Shown here in pieces: positions 1 to 9,220 of a stretch of DNA of 59,458 bases (within the stretch, counting starts at the first letter, position 1; each line of letters begins with the position of its first letter). The notes under the pieces were generated by a model, which worked only from the letters and a program-made list of their open reading frames with translations, ran no database searches and was not told the DNA's origin. The DNA is taken from NCBI GenBank assembly GCA_013695785.1, contig JACCZT010000171.1, forward strand, positions 1 through 59,458. Reading direction: 5' to 3'. The stretch comes from Nocardioidaceae bacterium (GTDB taxonomy: Bacteria; Actinomycetota; Actinomycetes; Propionibacteriales; Nocardioidaceae). The translations under genes and the position numbers were made by a program.

Positions 1-1098
1 GGAGCCATCGAGCTCGCCGAACGGATCGCGGCGTACGCACCGGGGAACCTCAACCGGGTCTTCTTCACCTCCGGTGGCGGTGAGGCGGTCGAGAGCGCGT
101 GGAAGCTCGCCAAGCAGTACTTCAAGCTCACCGGCCGCCCGGGCAAGCACAAGGTGATCAGCCGGTCCATCGCGTACCACGGCACCACACAAGGCGCGCT
201 GTCCATCACCGGCATCCCGGAGATGAAGGCGCCGTTCGAGCCGCTCGTACCCAGCACGATGCGAGTTCCCAACACCAACATCTACCGTGCGTCGCAGCAC
301 GGCGACGACCCCGAGGCGTTCGGCCGCTGGGCCGCCGAGCGGATCGCCGAGGCCATCGAGTTCGAGGGCCCCGACACCGTAGCCGCGGTGTTCCTCGAGC
401 CCGTGCAGAACGCCGGCGGGTGCTTCCCTCCCCCACCTGGGTACTTCCAGCGCGTCCGCGAGATCTGCGATGAGCACGACGTCCTGCTCGTCTCGGACGA
501 GGTGATCTGCGCGTTCGGTCGGCTCGGGCACATGTTCGGCTCGCAGAGGTACGCCTACCAGCCCGACATCATCACCTGCGCCAAGGGGCTCACCTCCGGC
601 TACTCGCCGCTGGGCGCGATGATCGCTTCGGACGACCTGATGGAGCCGTTCCTGCGCGACAACAACAGCTTCGCCCACGGCTACACCTTCGGCGGGCATC
701 CCGTCTCGACGGCGGTCGCGATGACCAACCTCGACATATTCGAGCGCGAGGGCCTGAACGAGCATGTCCTCGACAACGAGGACGCATTCCGCTCGACGCT
801 GGAGAAGCTCTACGACCTCGACATCGTCGGCGACGTGCGCGGCGACGGGTACTTCTACGGCATCGAGCTGGTCAAGGACAAGGCCACCAAGGAGACCTTC
901 GACCACGACGAGTCCGAGCGACTGTTGCGCGGCTTCTTGTCCGGTGCTCTGTTCGAGGCTGGCCTGTACTGTCGCGCCGACGACCGCGGCGACCCCGTCA
1001 TCCAGCTCGCGCCGCCGTTGATCTGCGACCAAGGCCACTTCGACGAGATCGAGCAGGTCCTGCGCGACGTCCTCACCCGCGGCCAAGACCTGCTCTGA
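1..1098 (+). CDS. class-III (omega-type) PLP aminotransferase, N-terminus cut by window edge
   Basis: Frame 1 is open from base 1 to TGA at 1096-1098 (same frame as track ORF 154..1098). Translation shows class-III hallmarks: SIAYHGTTQGALS, DEVICAFGRLG, PLP-lysine context ITCAKGLTSGYSPLGA. It resembles putrescine/beta-alanine:pyruvate transaminases. Confidence 0.9.
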   Translation, partial: GAIELAERIAAYAPGNLNRVFFTSGGGEAVESAWKLAKQYFKLTGRPGKHKVISRSIAYHGTTQGALSITGIPEMKAPFEPLVPSTMRVPNTNIYRASQHGDDPEAFGRWAAERIAEAIEFEGPDTVAAVFLEPVQNAGGCFPPPPGYFQRVREICDEHDVLLVSDEVICAFGRLGHMFGSQRYAYQPDIITCAKGLTSGYSPLGAMIASDDLMEPFLRDNNSFAHGYTFGGHPVSTAVAMTNLDIFEREGLNEHVLDNEDAFRSTLEKLYDLDIVGDVRGDGYFYGIELVKDKATKETFDHDESERLLRGFLSGALFEAGLYCRADDRGDPVIQLAPPLICDQGHFDEIEQVLRDVLTRGQDLL

Positions 1099-1109
1099 CC
1101 CACCGCCGG

Positions 1110-1161
1110 GACTTGCCACCCTCGCCGCTGACGCTTGCGCCCTCCCCGCTGACACTTACCG
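1110..1161. repeat. imperfect ~21-bp tandem repeat (about 2.5 copies) in convergent intergenic spacer
   Basis: gacttgccaccctcgccgct / gacgcttgcgccctccccgct / gacacttaccg read directly from the sequence between the aminotransferase stop (1098) and the cupin stop (1232). Confidence 0.6.
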
Positions 1162-1231
1162 TTTAGGGGCGACCCGCCGCCTTGTGAACCAATGGGCGTA
1201 AGTCCCACGGGGGGGTGGGTAGTCGGCTGGG

Positions 1232-1606
1232 TCAGCGGACCCAGGGCGGTACGAGCCGCGAACCGTCCTGCAGGGTCGCCTGGAACCCCACGCTGGTGCT
1301 GACCCAGGCCGTCGCGACCTCCTCCGAGGCGTTGTCCAGCCGAAAGGTCGAACCGGCCGGCACGATGACCGCATCTCCGGTGGCCAGCTCCTGAGCGTCA
1401 TCGTCGATGACCGCCCGCAAGTTGCCCGCCACGAGCACGAGCACCTCTTCTCTCGAGACCGTGTGCGTGGTCCCTGGCGTGTTCGCGGCGACGTCTACCC
1501 GCCACACGCACAGCTCACCGCTACCGGTGGCCGGCGCAGCGTACGACGTGAACCGGCTTCCGTGCAGCTCATGTGCAGTGGTTTCGGCGGAGCGGATGAC
1601 AACCAT
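1232..1606 (-). CDS. cupin-domain protein (124 aa)
   Basis: Track ORF 1232..1870 trimmed to the internal ATG at 1604-1606, which is preceded by AAAGGGG. Small beta-rich protein with a cupin-like core (GTTHTVSREEVLVLVAGNL...GDAVIVPAGSTFRL). Divergent from a MarR gene. Confidence 0.75.
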   Translation of the reverse strand: MVVIRSAETTAHELHGSRFTSYAAPATGSGELCVWRVDVAANTPGTTHTVSREEVLVLVAGNLRAVIDDDAQELATGDAVIVPAGSTFRLDNASEEVATAWVSTSVGFQATLQDGSRLVPPWVR

Positions 1607-1618
1607 GAAACCCCTTTC

Positions 1619-1645
1619 GTCAACTAAATTGACTATATAGTCAAC
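1619..1645. promoter_or_regulatory. candidate MarR operator: GTCAAC-TAAA-TTGAC-TATATA-GTCAAC
   Basis: Perfect 16-bp palindrome TTGACTATATAGTCAA at 1629-1644. A third half-site GTCAAC at 1619-1624 lies 21 bp from the GTCAAC at 1640-1645. This AT-rich island sits in the 51-bp spacer between the divergent cupin and MarR genes. Confidence 0.55.
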
Positions 1646-1657
1646 CCGGTAGACGAG

Positions 1658-2119
1658 TTGTGTCAAACTGTGAAGGTGTCCCCCACCACCGACGAGCTGC
1701 CGTTCCTCGTCCTCGCGGCGGCCAATGCCCTCGTCGAGTCGGTCCAGTCCGCCATGGCACACGCCGGGTACACCGACCTTCGCCCGGCACATGGGTTCGC
1801 CTTCGTCCGGCTCGCCGGTGCAGGCTGCACGGTCGGCCAGCTCGCCGACCACCTCGGCGTCACCAAGCAAGCCGCCAGCAAGCTCGTCGACGAGCTCGCT
1901 CGCCAGGATTACGTCGCACGGTCACCGCACCCCGACGACGGTCGGGCGGTCCTGGTCGTCCTCTCGGACAAGGGCAGGGCGGCGACCCGTGCCGCTTCGC
2001 AAGCGGCGACCGACGCCGTCTCGGTATGGGCGTCGGCACTCGAGCCCGGGCGCATCGAACAGATCAGTTACGACCTGTCACTGCTGGCGGGGAACTCCGG
2101 TGTCCGTCCCACCTGGTGA
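1658..2119 (+). CDS. MarR-family transcriptional regulator
   Basis: 153-aa ORF with a winged-HTH MarR core (CTVGQLADHLGVTKQAASKLVDELARQDYVARSPHPDDGRAVLVVLSDKGR). The track start is TTG at 1658; GTG at 1670 or 1676 are alternative starts. Confidence 0.85.
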   Translation: MCQTVKVSPTTDELPFLVLAAANALVESVQSAMAHAGYTDLRPAHGFAFVRLAGAGCTVGQLADHLGVTKQAASKLVDELARQDYVARSPHPDDGRAVLVVLSDKGRAATRAASQAATDAVSVWASALEPGRIEQISYDLSLLAGNSGVRPTW

Positions 2120-2121
2120 TC

Positions 2122-3417
2122 TCAGAGACAGGCGTGGAGCGCGTCGTCCAGCAGCGCGAGACCCTCGCGCGCCTCGTCCTCGGTGAGCGTCAGCGGCGGT
2201 GCGAGCCGCAAGCAGTTGCCGTGCAGGCCGCCCTTGCCGATGAGGAGCCCTCGCTCGCGCGCCGCCTCGAGCACCTTCCCCGCCGCCGCCTCGTCGGGAG
2301 TGTGACCGTCTGCCGCGACAAGCTCGATGCCGATCATCAGTCCGCGCCCGCGTACCTCGGCCACGGGGTCGAGGTCGGCACACGCTTGCTCCAGGCCGTC
2401 GCGGATCACCGCACCGGTGCGTTTGGCCTGCGTCTGGAGGTCGTGGTCGAGCACGTAGTCGAGGGTCGCGTTGGCCGCAGCGGCCGACAGCGGGTTGCCA
2501 CCGAACGTCGATATCGACTTGGCCTGCAGGCAGTCCATGATCTCGCCACGGACCACCACGCCGCCGACCGAGGCGCCGTTGCCGAGACCTTTGGCGAACG
2601 TCATGGCGTCCGGGGTCATCCCATGGGCGTCGATGCCCCAGAAGTGATCGCCGGTACGCCCCCACCCGGTCTGCACCTCATCGGAGATGAACAAGATGCC
2701 CGTCTCGTCGAGGACCTCCTTGTACGCCTTGAACAGTCCGTCCGGCGGCACGGCGAACCCGCCGACACCTTGGATCGGCTCGGCGATCATCGCGGCGACG
2801 TCACCGGCGGTCCCGGTGACCATGAGCTCGCGCAGGTCCGTCACGCAAGCCTCGATGTACGCAGCGTCGTCCAGGTCACGGAACGACGACCGCAGGCGAT
2901 AGCCGCTCTGGGCGTAGAGGACCGTCAGTGGCGACAGGGCGGACGGAGACCACCCGCGGTTGCCGGTGATCCCCGTCGTGGCGAACGTACGGCCGTGATA
3001 GCTGTTGCGCAGGGCGATGACCTGGCTGCTGCGGCGGTACTGCGTCGCCATCAGGAGCGCCGCCTCGTTGGCCTCGCTGCCCGATGAGGTGAAGAAGACC
3101 TTGGCGTCGGGAATGCCGGACAGCCGGGCGATCTTCTCGGCGAGCTCGACCTGGCGGCGGATGAGGTACAGCGTCGAGGTGTGCACGACGCCGGTGTCCA
3201 GCTGCTCATCGATGGCCGCACGGACCTCCGGCACGCCGTACCCGAGCATGTTGGTGAGGATGCCGGCGAAGAAGTCGAGATAGGTGTTGCCTTCACCGTC
3301 GGTGACGCGACAGCCGCGTCCGGAGACGATCTCGATCGGCTCCTCGTAGAACATCGACAACCACCGGGGCATCACGTCGTCGTGCCGCTTGCGCAGCTGT
3401 GCGTGGGTGTCGGTCAT
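2122..3417 (-). CDS. class-III PLP aminotransferase (GABA/omega-amino-acid aminotransferase-like)
   Basis: 431-aa ORF with LDFFAGILTNMLGY, SGSEANEAAL, ISDEVQTGWGRTG and PLP-lysine context MTFAKGLGNG. It is last in the minus-strand transporter operon. Confidence 0.9.
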   Translation of the reverse strand: MTDTHAQLRKRHDDVMPRWLSMFYEEPIEIVSGRGCRVTDGEGNTYLDFFAGILTNMLGYGVPEVRAAIDEQLDTGVVHTSTLYLIRRQVELAEKIARLSGIPDAKVFFTSSGSEANEAALLMATQYRRSSQVIALRNSYHGRTFATTGITGNRGWSPSALSPLTVLYAQSGYRLRSSFRDLDDAAYIEACVTDLRELMVTGTAGDVAAMIAEPIQGVGGFAVPPDGLFKAYKEVLDETGILFISDEVQTGWGRTGDHFWGIDAHGMTPDAMTFAKGLGNGASVGGVVVRGEIMDCLQAKSISTFGGNPLSAAAANATLDYVLDHDLQTQAKRTGAVIRDGLEQACADLDPVAEVRGRGLMIGIELVAADGHTPDEAAAGKVLEAARERGLLIGKGGLHGNCLRLAPPLTLTEDEAREGLALLDDALHACL

Positions 3418-3478
3418 CTGGTCCTTCTTGTCCTCGTGACGGTAACCCCTCCGCTTGTGTCGGGGGATGTTCTTTTGC

Positions 3479-4288
3479 TCACCTGGAGCGCCTGCGCTGG
3501 AGGAGACCCGTGCTCAGGACCAACAGCAACGCGATGAGGAACATGGTCGTACCGACGACGTTGACCTGCGGCGGGATACCGCGCTGCGCCGAACCCCAGA
3601 CGAACATGGGGAACGTGATCGTGTTGCCGTGGTTGAAGTTGGTGATGATGTAGTCGTCGAAGGAGAGCGAGAAGCTCAGCAGTGCGGCCGCGAGGATCCC
3701 GGGAAACACCAGCGGGAAGGTGACTCGCCAGAACGTCTGCCACTCGTTGGCGTAGAGGTCCATCGCGGCTTGCTCGTAACGGAAGTCGAGCCCGGCAAGC
3801 CGTGCCTTGACGGTGACGACGACGAACGAGAGACAGAACATGATGTGGGCGACCAGGATCGACCAGAACCCGAGGTTTCCGGCGAGGCCGGCGCTGCTGA
3901 ACAGAGCAAGCAGCGAGGAGCCCATCACGACCTCGGGGGTGGCCATCGGAAGAAAGATGAGCAGGCTCGTCGGGGCGCGGCCGCGGAAGCGGTGGCGGAT
4001 CAGCGCGAACGCGACGAGCGTGCCGAGGATGGTGGCGCCGATGGTGGCGAGGAAGGCGATCTGCAGGCTGCTGACCAAGGAGTCGCACATCCCCACCGGA
4101 CTGCACGGATCGCGCCAGTTGTCCCAGGTGAAGCCTTGGAACTCATAAGCCAGGCGGCTGGTGGGGTCATTGAAGGACATCAGCCCGACGAAGAATATGG
4201 GCAGGAACATGTAGACCAGGACCACACCGGCCACGAACACCGTCATTCGCTCGGCGGTCCACCGACCGAGCAGCTGCAGCCGGTTCAT
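3479..4288 (-). CDS. ABC transporter permease (PotC/PotI-like)
   Basis: Track ORF 3479..4366 trimmed to the ATG at 4286-4288, which overlaps the upstream stop as ATGA. Multi-TM protein with the polyamine-type EAA loop region (EQAAMDLYANEWQTFWRVTFPL). Confidence 0.85.
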   Translation of the reverse strand: MNRLQLLGRWTAERMTVFVAGVVLVYMFLPIFFVGLMSFNDPTSRLAYEFQGFTWDNWRDPCSPVGMCDSLVSSLQIAFLATIGATILGTLVAFALIRHRFRGRAPTSLLIFLPMATPEVVMGSSLLALFSSAGLAGNLGFWSILVAHIMFCLSFVVVTVKARLAGLDFRYEQAAMDLYANEWQTFWRVTFPLVFPGILAAALLSFSLSFDDYIITNFNHGNTITFPMFVWGSAQRGIPPQVNVVGTTMFLIALLLVLSTGLLQRRRSR

Positions 4289-5199
4289 ACCAGATCCTCG
4301 GTGCCGGCCCGCCTGACGTAGAGCAGGACCATCACCACCACCACGACCATGAGGACCACCGAGCACGCGGCAGCGATCGGGTAGTTGAGCTGGACCAGGA
4401 AGGTGTTGTCGATGACGTTGCCGATCATGTACTGCCGCGGGGTGCCCAGCAGTTCTGAGTTGATGTAGTCACCGGCGGCTGGGATGAAGGTCAGCAACGT
4501 GCCCGCGACGACACCGGGCATCGACAACGGGACGGTGATCTTGCGAAAGGCGGTGAAGCCGTTGGCGTAGAGGTCTTTGCCGGCCTCGAGCAGCCTGGGG
4601 TCGATCTTCTCCAGGCTCGCGTACAACGGCAGGACCATGAACGGCAGGAAGTTGTAGGTGAGTCCGGTGATCACCGCGACCGAGGTCGCAAGGAGCCGGC
4701 CGTCGGGAGCCAGGATCCCGACCGACTTCAGCGTCTCGACGACCGCCCCGTTGTCGGCCAGGATCGACTTCCAGGCCAGGGTCCGCACCAGGAAGCTGGT
4801 GAAGAAGGGCGCGATCACCAGCATCAACATGAGGTTCTTGAATCGCCCGGCCTTGAAGGCGATCGCGTAGGCCAGCGGGTAGCCCAGCAGCAGTGCCAGG
4901 CCGGTCGCGGTGGTGGCATAGATCAGTGACCGCACGAACTGTTCGCGGTAGGTCGACAAGGCGTCGAGGTAGTTGCCGAACGACCACGTCATCGCGTATC
5001 CGGCCTCAAGCGATCCGGCCGAGTCGTACAGCGAGGTGGCTGCCAGCTGGATCGTGGGCGCGACGAAGAAGACCAACAGCCACAGCAGCCCTGGTAGCAG
5101 CAGCAGGTAGCCGGTCGACCAGCCGCTGCGGCGTGCGCGCTTGCGCGGCGGCTTCCCCGTCCTCCCCTCGAGGGTCTCGCCCACGTCGGCAACGCTCAC
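4285..5199 (-). CDS. ABC transporter permease (PotB/PotH-like)
   Basis: 304-aa multi-TM ORF with LEAGKDLYANGFTAFRKITVPL. Its GTG start overlaps the ATPase stop (GTGA at 5196-5199). Confidence 0.85.
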   Translation of the reverse strand: MSVADVGETLEGRTGKPPRKRARRSGWSTGYLLLLPGLLWLLVFFVAPTIQLAATSLYDSAGSLEAGYAMTWSFGNYLDALSTYREQFVRSLIYATTATGLALLLGYPLAYAIAFKAGRFKNLMLMLVIAPFFTSFLVRTLAWKSILADNGAVVETLKSVGILAPDGRLLATSVAVITGLTYNFLPFMVLPLYASLEKIDPRLLEAGKDLYANGFTAFRKITVPLSMPGVVAGTLLTFIPAAGDYINSELLGTPRQYMIGNVIDNTFLVQLNYPIAAACSVVLMVVVVVMVLLYVRRAGTEDLV

Positions 5200-6371
5200 G
5201 TGCCGACTCCTGCGGTCGCGAGTCCGCCCTCGTAGCGTTCGTCGCCGGCGCGTGCGTCCTGGGAGGCGTCGAGGGCAAAGGTGTGCGCCGGCGTCCAGTG
5301 CAGGTCGACCGAATCACCGACCCCGAACCTCTCGCGGGCCCCAGTGTTCTGCTCGAAGACCGTCAGCTCCTGCCCCCAGGGCATCCGTACGAGGTACTGG
5401 GTGCTGACCCCGATGAAGCTCACGTCGATCACTCTCGCCTCGCCCAGCACGTTCGCGCCCTCGTCCGTGCTGGTCCCACCGCTGACCAGGAACACCTTCT
5501 CCGGTCGGACACCGACCCACACCCGTCCACTAGTCTGACGCGCGCGATCGACCGGCACGCCGAGCTTGCTGCCCTCGACCTCGACGACAAGCTCATCGCC
5601 GGTGCGCCCGAGGACCTGCCCGGCGACCAGGTTGGACTGACCAAGGAAGTTCGACACGAACGTCGTGGCCGGGTTGTCGTACAGCTCCATCGGTCCGCCG
5701 ATCTGTTCAATCACCCCGTGGTTCATCACGGCGATCGTGTCGGCCATCGTCATCGCCTCCTCCTGATCATGCGTGACGTGGACGAACGTGATCCCGACCT
5801 CGGTCTGGATCCGCTTGAGCTCGATCTGCATCTGACGGCGAAGCTTCAGGTCCAACGCGCCCAGCGGCTCATCGAGCAGCAACACCTGCGGCCGGTTGAT
5901 AAGGGCACGCGCCAGTGCAACGCGTTGCTGCTGGCCGCCGGACAGCTGCGTAGGGCGGCGCTCGCCGTAGGTGGACAGCTCCACCAGATCGAGCATCTCC
6001 TGGACCTGGTTCTTCACATCGCGCACCCCGCGACGCCGTAGGCCGAACGCGACGTTGTCGAAGGTGTTGAGGTGGGGGAACAGCGCGTAGTTCTGGAACA
6101 CCGTGTTGACGGGCCGTTTGTACGGGCGGAGCCGGGTGATGTCCTTGCCGCCGAGGTCGATCCTGCCTGCGGTCGGCTCCTCGAGGCCGGCGACCATCCG
6201 AAGCGTGGTCGTCTTGCCGCAGCCCGAAGGTCCCAACAGGGCGAAGAACTGGCCACGCTCGACCAGAAGATCGAGGTCGTCGACCGCGGTGAAGCCACCG
6301 AACCGCTTCGTCACCGAGGTCAGGGACAGGTCAGCGCCCGATGCCCGCGAGTCCTGGGTCGACCGGGCCAC
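5196..6371 (-). CDS. ABC transporter ATP-binding protein (PotA/PotG-like)
   Basis: Walker [10 protein letters not shown], signature [15 protein letters not shown], Walker B LLLDEP, and a C-terminal TOBE-like domain. GTG start at 6369-6371. Confidence 0.92.
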   Translation of the reverse strand: MARSTQDSRASGADLSLTSVTKRFGGFTAVDDLDLLVERGQFFALLGPSGCGKTTTLRMVAGLEEPTAGRIDLGGKDITRLRPYKRPVNTVFQNYALFPHLNTFDNVAFGLRRRGVRDVKNQVQEMLDLVELSTYGERRPTQLSGGQQQRVALARALINRPQVLLLDEPLGALDLKLRRQMQIELKRIQTEVGITFVHVTHDQEEAMTMADTIAVMNHGVIEQIGGPMELYDNPATTFVSNFLGQSNLVAGQVLGRTGDELVVEVEGSKLGVPVDRARQTSGRVWVGVRPEKVFLVSGGTSTDEGANVLGEARVIDVSFIGVSTQYLVRMPWGQELTVFEQNTGARERFGVGDSVDLHWTPAHTFALDASQDARAGDERYEGGLATAGVGT

Positions 6372-6374
6372 GCC

Positions 6375-7610
6375 TCAGGCCCCCATCACCGCAGCGAACT
6401 GCCGCTGGTAGTCCTGCTCGCTCTTCTCATCGAGTCCCATGAACCCGTACGTCTTGGCCATCAGCTCATCGCCGGGGAAGATCAGCTCGTTCTCGACCAG
6501 GTCTGGGTCGATCTTGGTCATCTCTTCCCGTGCTCCTGCGACCGGGCAGATGTAGTTGACCCACGCCGCCAGCTCAGCGGCCATCTTCGGGTCGTAGTAG
6601 AAGTCCATCAAGGACTCGGCATTGGTCTTGTGCGTCGCCTTGTTCGGGACGAGCATGTTGTCGCTCCACAGCGCCAGACCTTCCTCGGGCGCCACGAACT
6701 TGATGTTGGGGTTGTCGTACTGCAGCTGCACCACGTCACCGGACCATGCCTCGCACGCCACCACATTGCCCTTGACCAGGTCCTGGCCGTACTCGTTACC
6801 CGTGAACGACCGGATCTGCCCGGCATCGACGACCTCCTGCAGCCGCTCCATCGCAGCACCGAACTCATCTGAGGTGAAGTCCTCCGGGTCGGCGCCCTGC
6901 AACAGGAGCATGAACATCATCGTGTCGTGCATCTCCGAGAGCAAGGTCACCTTCCCCTTCAGGTCGCTACGCGTCAGGAGCTCCTCGAAGCTGCCCACCT
7001 CAGACGTCAGCTCGGAGTTGTAGGCGATACCGGTCAGGCCGCTCTGCCACGGGACAGAGTAGTCGCGGCTCTCGTCCCACGAAGGGGCTCGAAGGTTCTC
7101 CACGAGATTGGCCTCGACGTTCGCCAGGTTGTTCTTGTCCAGCTTCTGCAACCAGCCCAGGCTGATCATCCGCGCCGCCATCCAGTCGGTCAGCACGAAG
7201 ATGTCCCGACCGCTCGACTCGCACTCCGCAAGCTGGTTGCGCACGATCCCGAAGAACTCGGAGTTGTCGTTGACGTCGGTCACGTACTTGACCTCGATGT
7301 CCAACTCCTGCTGGAACTTCTGCAACGTCGGGTAGACCGTCACGCTCTTGCCGCCCTGGTTGACCTTTGTCTGGTCCATGTACAGGGGCCAGTTGGAGAA
7401 GTTCAGCTGCTTCTGGGAGGCGGAGAGATCCTCGCTCACGCACGACCCGGCAGTCTGCTTCGCGCCCTCCGTCCCGCATGCGGCCAGCAAGGAACTGCCA
7501 GACAGGGCCATCGCCGAGAGCGACACCCCGCGCAAGAACGTACGCCGGCTCAGCGAGCCGCCTTGCCCGACCTGGGTCGACGGCGCGGACGCCATCCGAT
7601 ACTTCGACAT
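6375..7610 (-). CDS. polyamine-type ABC substrate-binding lipoprotein (PotD/PotF family), Tat signal
   Basis: N-terminus has the twin-arginine motif SRRTFLRG followed by the lipobox LLAAC. AGGAGG lies upstream of the ATG at 7608-7610. First gene of the SBP-ATPase-permease-permease order. Confidence 0.85.
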   Translation of the reverse strand: MSKYRMASAPSTQVGQGGSLSRRTFLRGVSLSAMALSGSSLLAACGTEGAKQTAGSCVSEDLSASQKQLNFSNWPLYMDQTKVNQGGKSVTVYPTLQKFQQELDIEVKYVTDVNDNSEFFGIVRNQLAECESSGRDIFVLTDWMAARMISLGWLQKLDKNNLANVEANLVENLRAPSWDESRDYSVPWQSGLTGIAYNSELTSEVGSFEELLTRSDLKGKVTLLSEMHDTMMFMLLLQGADPEDFTSDEFGAAMERLQEVVDAGQIRSFTGNEYGQDLVKGNVVACEAWSGDVVQLQYDNPNIKFVAPEEGLALWSDNMLVPNKATHKTNAESLMDFYYDPKMAAELAAWVNYICPVAGAREEMTKIDPDLVENELIFPGDELMAKTYGFMGLDEKSEQDYQRQFAAVMGA

Positions 7611-7952
7611 CGAGATCCTCCTGTGGTGACGAGCTGGTCAGTGTTCGGTGCAGACGCCGGGCCCCATCAGCCGGGGCATTCGTGAGCGGTGTCGACGACG
7701 GGCAGATGGAAAGTCTAGGTACTCGCGGCGCCGATGGTGCCCGAATCGTGATCGAGCCAAGACAGCGGACCGTCGCAGCTGACCGCTTCGCTCCGAGCGC
7801 ACGCTCATGACGTCTCCGATCTCATCTCCTGCGAAGGAAATGTCGGTAGAGCTTCGAACTCTGGCAAAGGATATCGCAGATCACAAGTGATTCCGTTGCA
7901 GAACCTTCACTTGGCGACTGATTCAGCGGACGAAAGGGACGCCGGCGCCAGT

Positions 7953-9152
7953 TCACTGCTCGCGCTGCCCCCACGGCGACCCGTACTCGGTGAGCAGGTC
8001 CAAGAAGGGCACAGCGTCGAACGCCTCCGGCCCGAGCACGCCCCTTCCGCTCCACGTCCCGCGCGCCAGTAGCTCGAGCGCGACCACGGGGTTGACCGCG
8101 GTTTGCCACACGACGCACTGGTGCCCGTACTCGCGCATCGACCAGTTGTTGTCAACCACGTGGAAGAGGTAGGTCGACCGCGGCGCACCGTCGGTGCCGG
8201 TGCCTGTGACCCACAGGCCGGCGCAGGTCTTGCCGTGCATTGCCGATCCCAGCGTCGCCGGGTCCGGAAGGCACGCCGCGACGACGTCCCGCGGGCTCAC
8301 CTGCGCGCCGCGGACACTCACGGCGTCGGTCCGGTCCAGGCCGAGCTTGTGCAAGGTCTTCAGGACGTCGATGAACTCCTCGCCGAGACCGTACTTGAAG
8401 GTGACCCGCCGGGCCTGGACCCACCGCGGCATCAGCAGGACCTCCTCGTGCTCGACGTTCACGCACTCCACCGGTCCGATGCCCTCGGGGAAGTCGAAGA
8501 CCTCCGGCTCGCTGAACGGCTCGGTCGTGGTCCAGGCACCGTCCTGCCAGATCACCGGAGGGTTGAGACACTCCTCGATCGTCGTCCAGATCGAGAATGA
8601 CGGGGCGAAGTCGTAGCCGTCCACGGTGAGGTTGGCACCGTCGCGGGTGCCTAGCTCGTCGATCTCCGTGAACAGGTGATCAGCGGCGTACCTCGCGAAC
8701 ACGTCCGAAAGGCCGGGCTCGACGCCCATGCCGACCAGCGCCAACCGACCGGCCTCCTCCCACTGCGCCGCCTTCGCGAACTGTTCGTCCCCGAGCTTGA
8801 CGCCGGTCTGTGAGTACGGATGCTCAGGGTGCGGACGGGACAGGCTCATCGCCATGTCGAGGTAGTCCGCACCGGCCGCGTACGCGCCTGTGAAGATCGC
8901 CATGACGAACCGGGGGTCGACCGCATTCATCACGTGCGTGGAGCCGTGGTCGCGGGCGAGTGTCGCGACCGCCTCTGACTCGGAGGCGTCGACCTGCGCT
9001 GCGGTGAAGCGCTCGTCGAGGTCGGCGACCGCGCGGCGCGCTCGCTCGAGGTCGTAGTCGGCGACGACGACCTCGTCGAAGAAGTCCCGCCGGGCCGCGA
9101 TCGCGCAGAACGCCGCACCGACCCCACCGGCCCCGATCAGACAGATCCTCAT
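7953..9152 (-). CDS. saccharopine dehydrogenase-family NAD(P)-binding oxidoreductase
   Basis: 399 aa with an N-terminal Rossmann motif MRICLIGAGGVGAA and a C-terminal saccharopine-DH-like domain. Good SD (GGAGAAGGGAG) before the ATG at 9150-9152. Confidence 0.82.
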   Translation of the reverse strand: MRICLIGAGGVGAAFCAIAARRDFFDEVVVADYDLERARRAVADLDERFTAAQVDASESEAVATLARDHGSTHVMNAVDPRFVMAIFTGAYAAGADYLDMAMSLSRPHPEHPYSQTGVKLGDEQFAKAAQWEEAGRLALVGMGVEPGLSDVFARYAADHLFTEIDELGTRDGANLTVDGYDFAPSFSIWTTIEECLNPPVIWQDGAWTTTEPFSEPEVFDFPEGIGPVECVNVEHEEVLLMPRWVQARRVTFKYGLGEEFIDVLKTLHKLGLDRTDAVSVRGAQVSPRDVVAACLPDPATLGSAMHGKTCAGLWVTGTGTDGAPRSTYLFHVVDNNWSMREYGHQCVVWQTAVNPVVALELLARGTWSGRGVLGPEAFDAVPFLDLLTEYGSPWGQREQ

Positions 9153-9220
9153 CGGTCACTCCCTTCTCCTGAGGGGCGCCACGCTACCGCGCAGGGTCGG
9201 GCAGGTGGTGAAATGGCGGC

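Noticed and set aside
1660-3087. 475-aa plus-strand ORF overlapping MarR and antisense to the aminotransferase
   Set aside because: It is an alternative frame of MarR and the antisense of a clear class-III aminotransferase, with no motifs.
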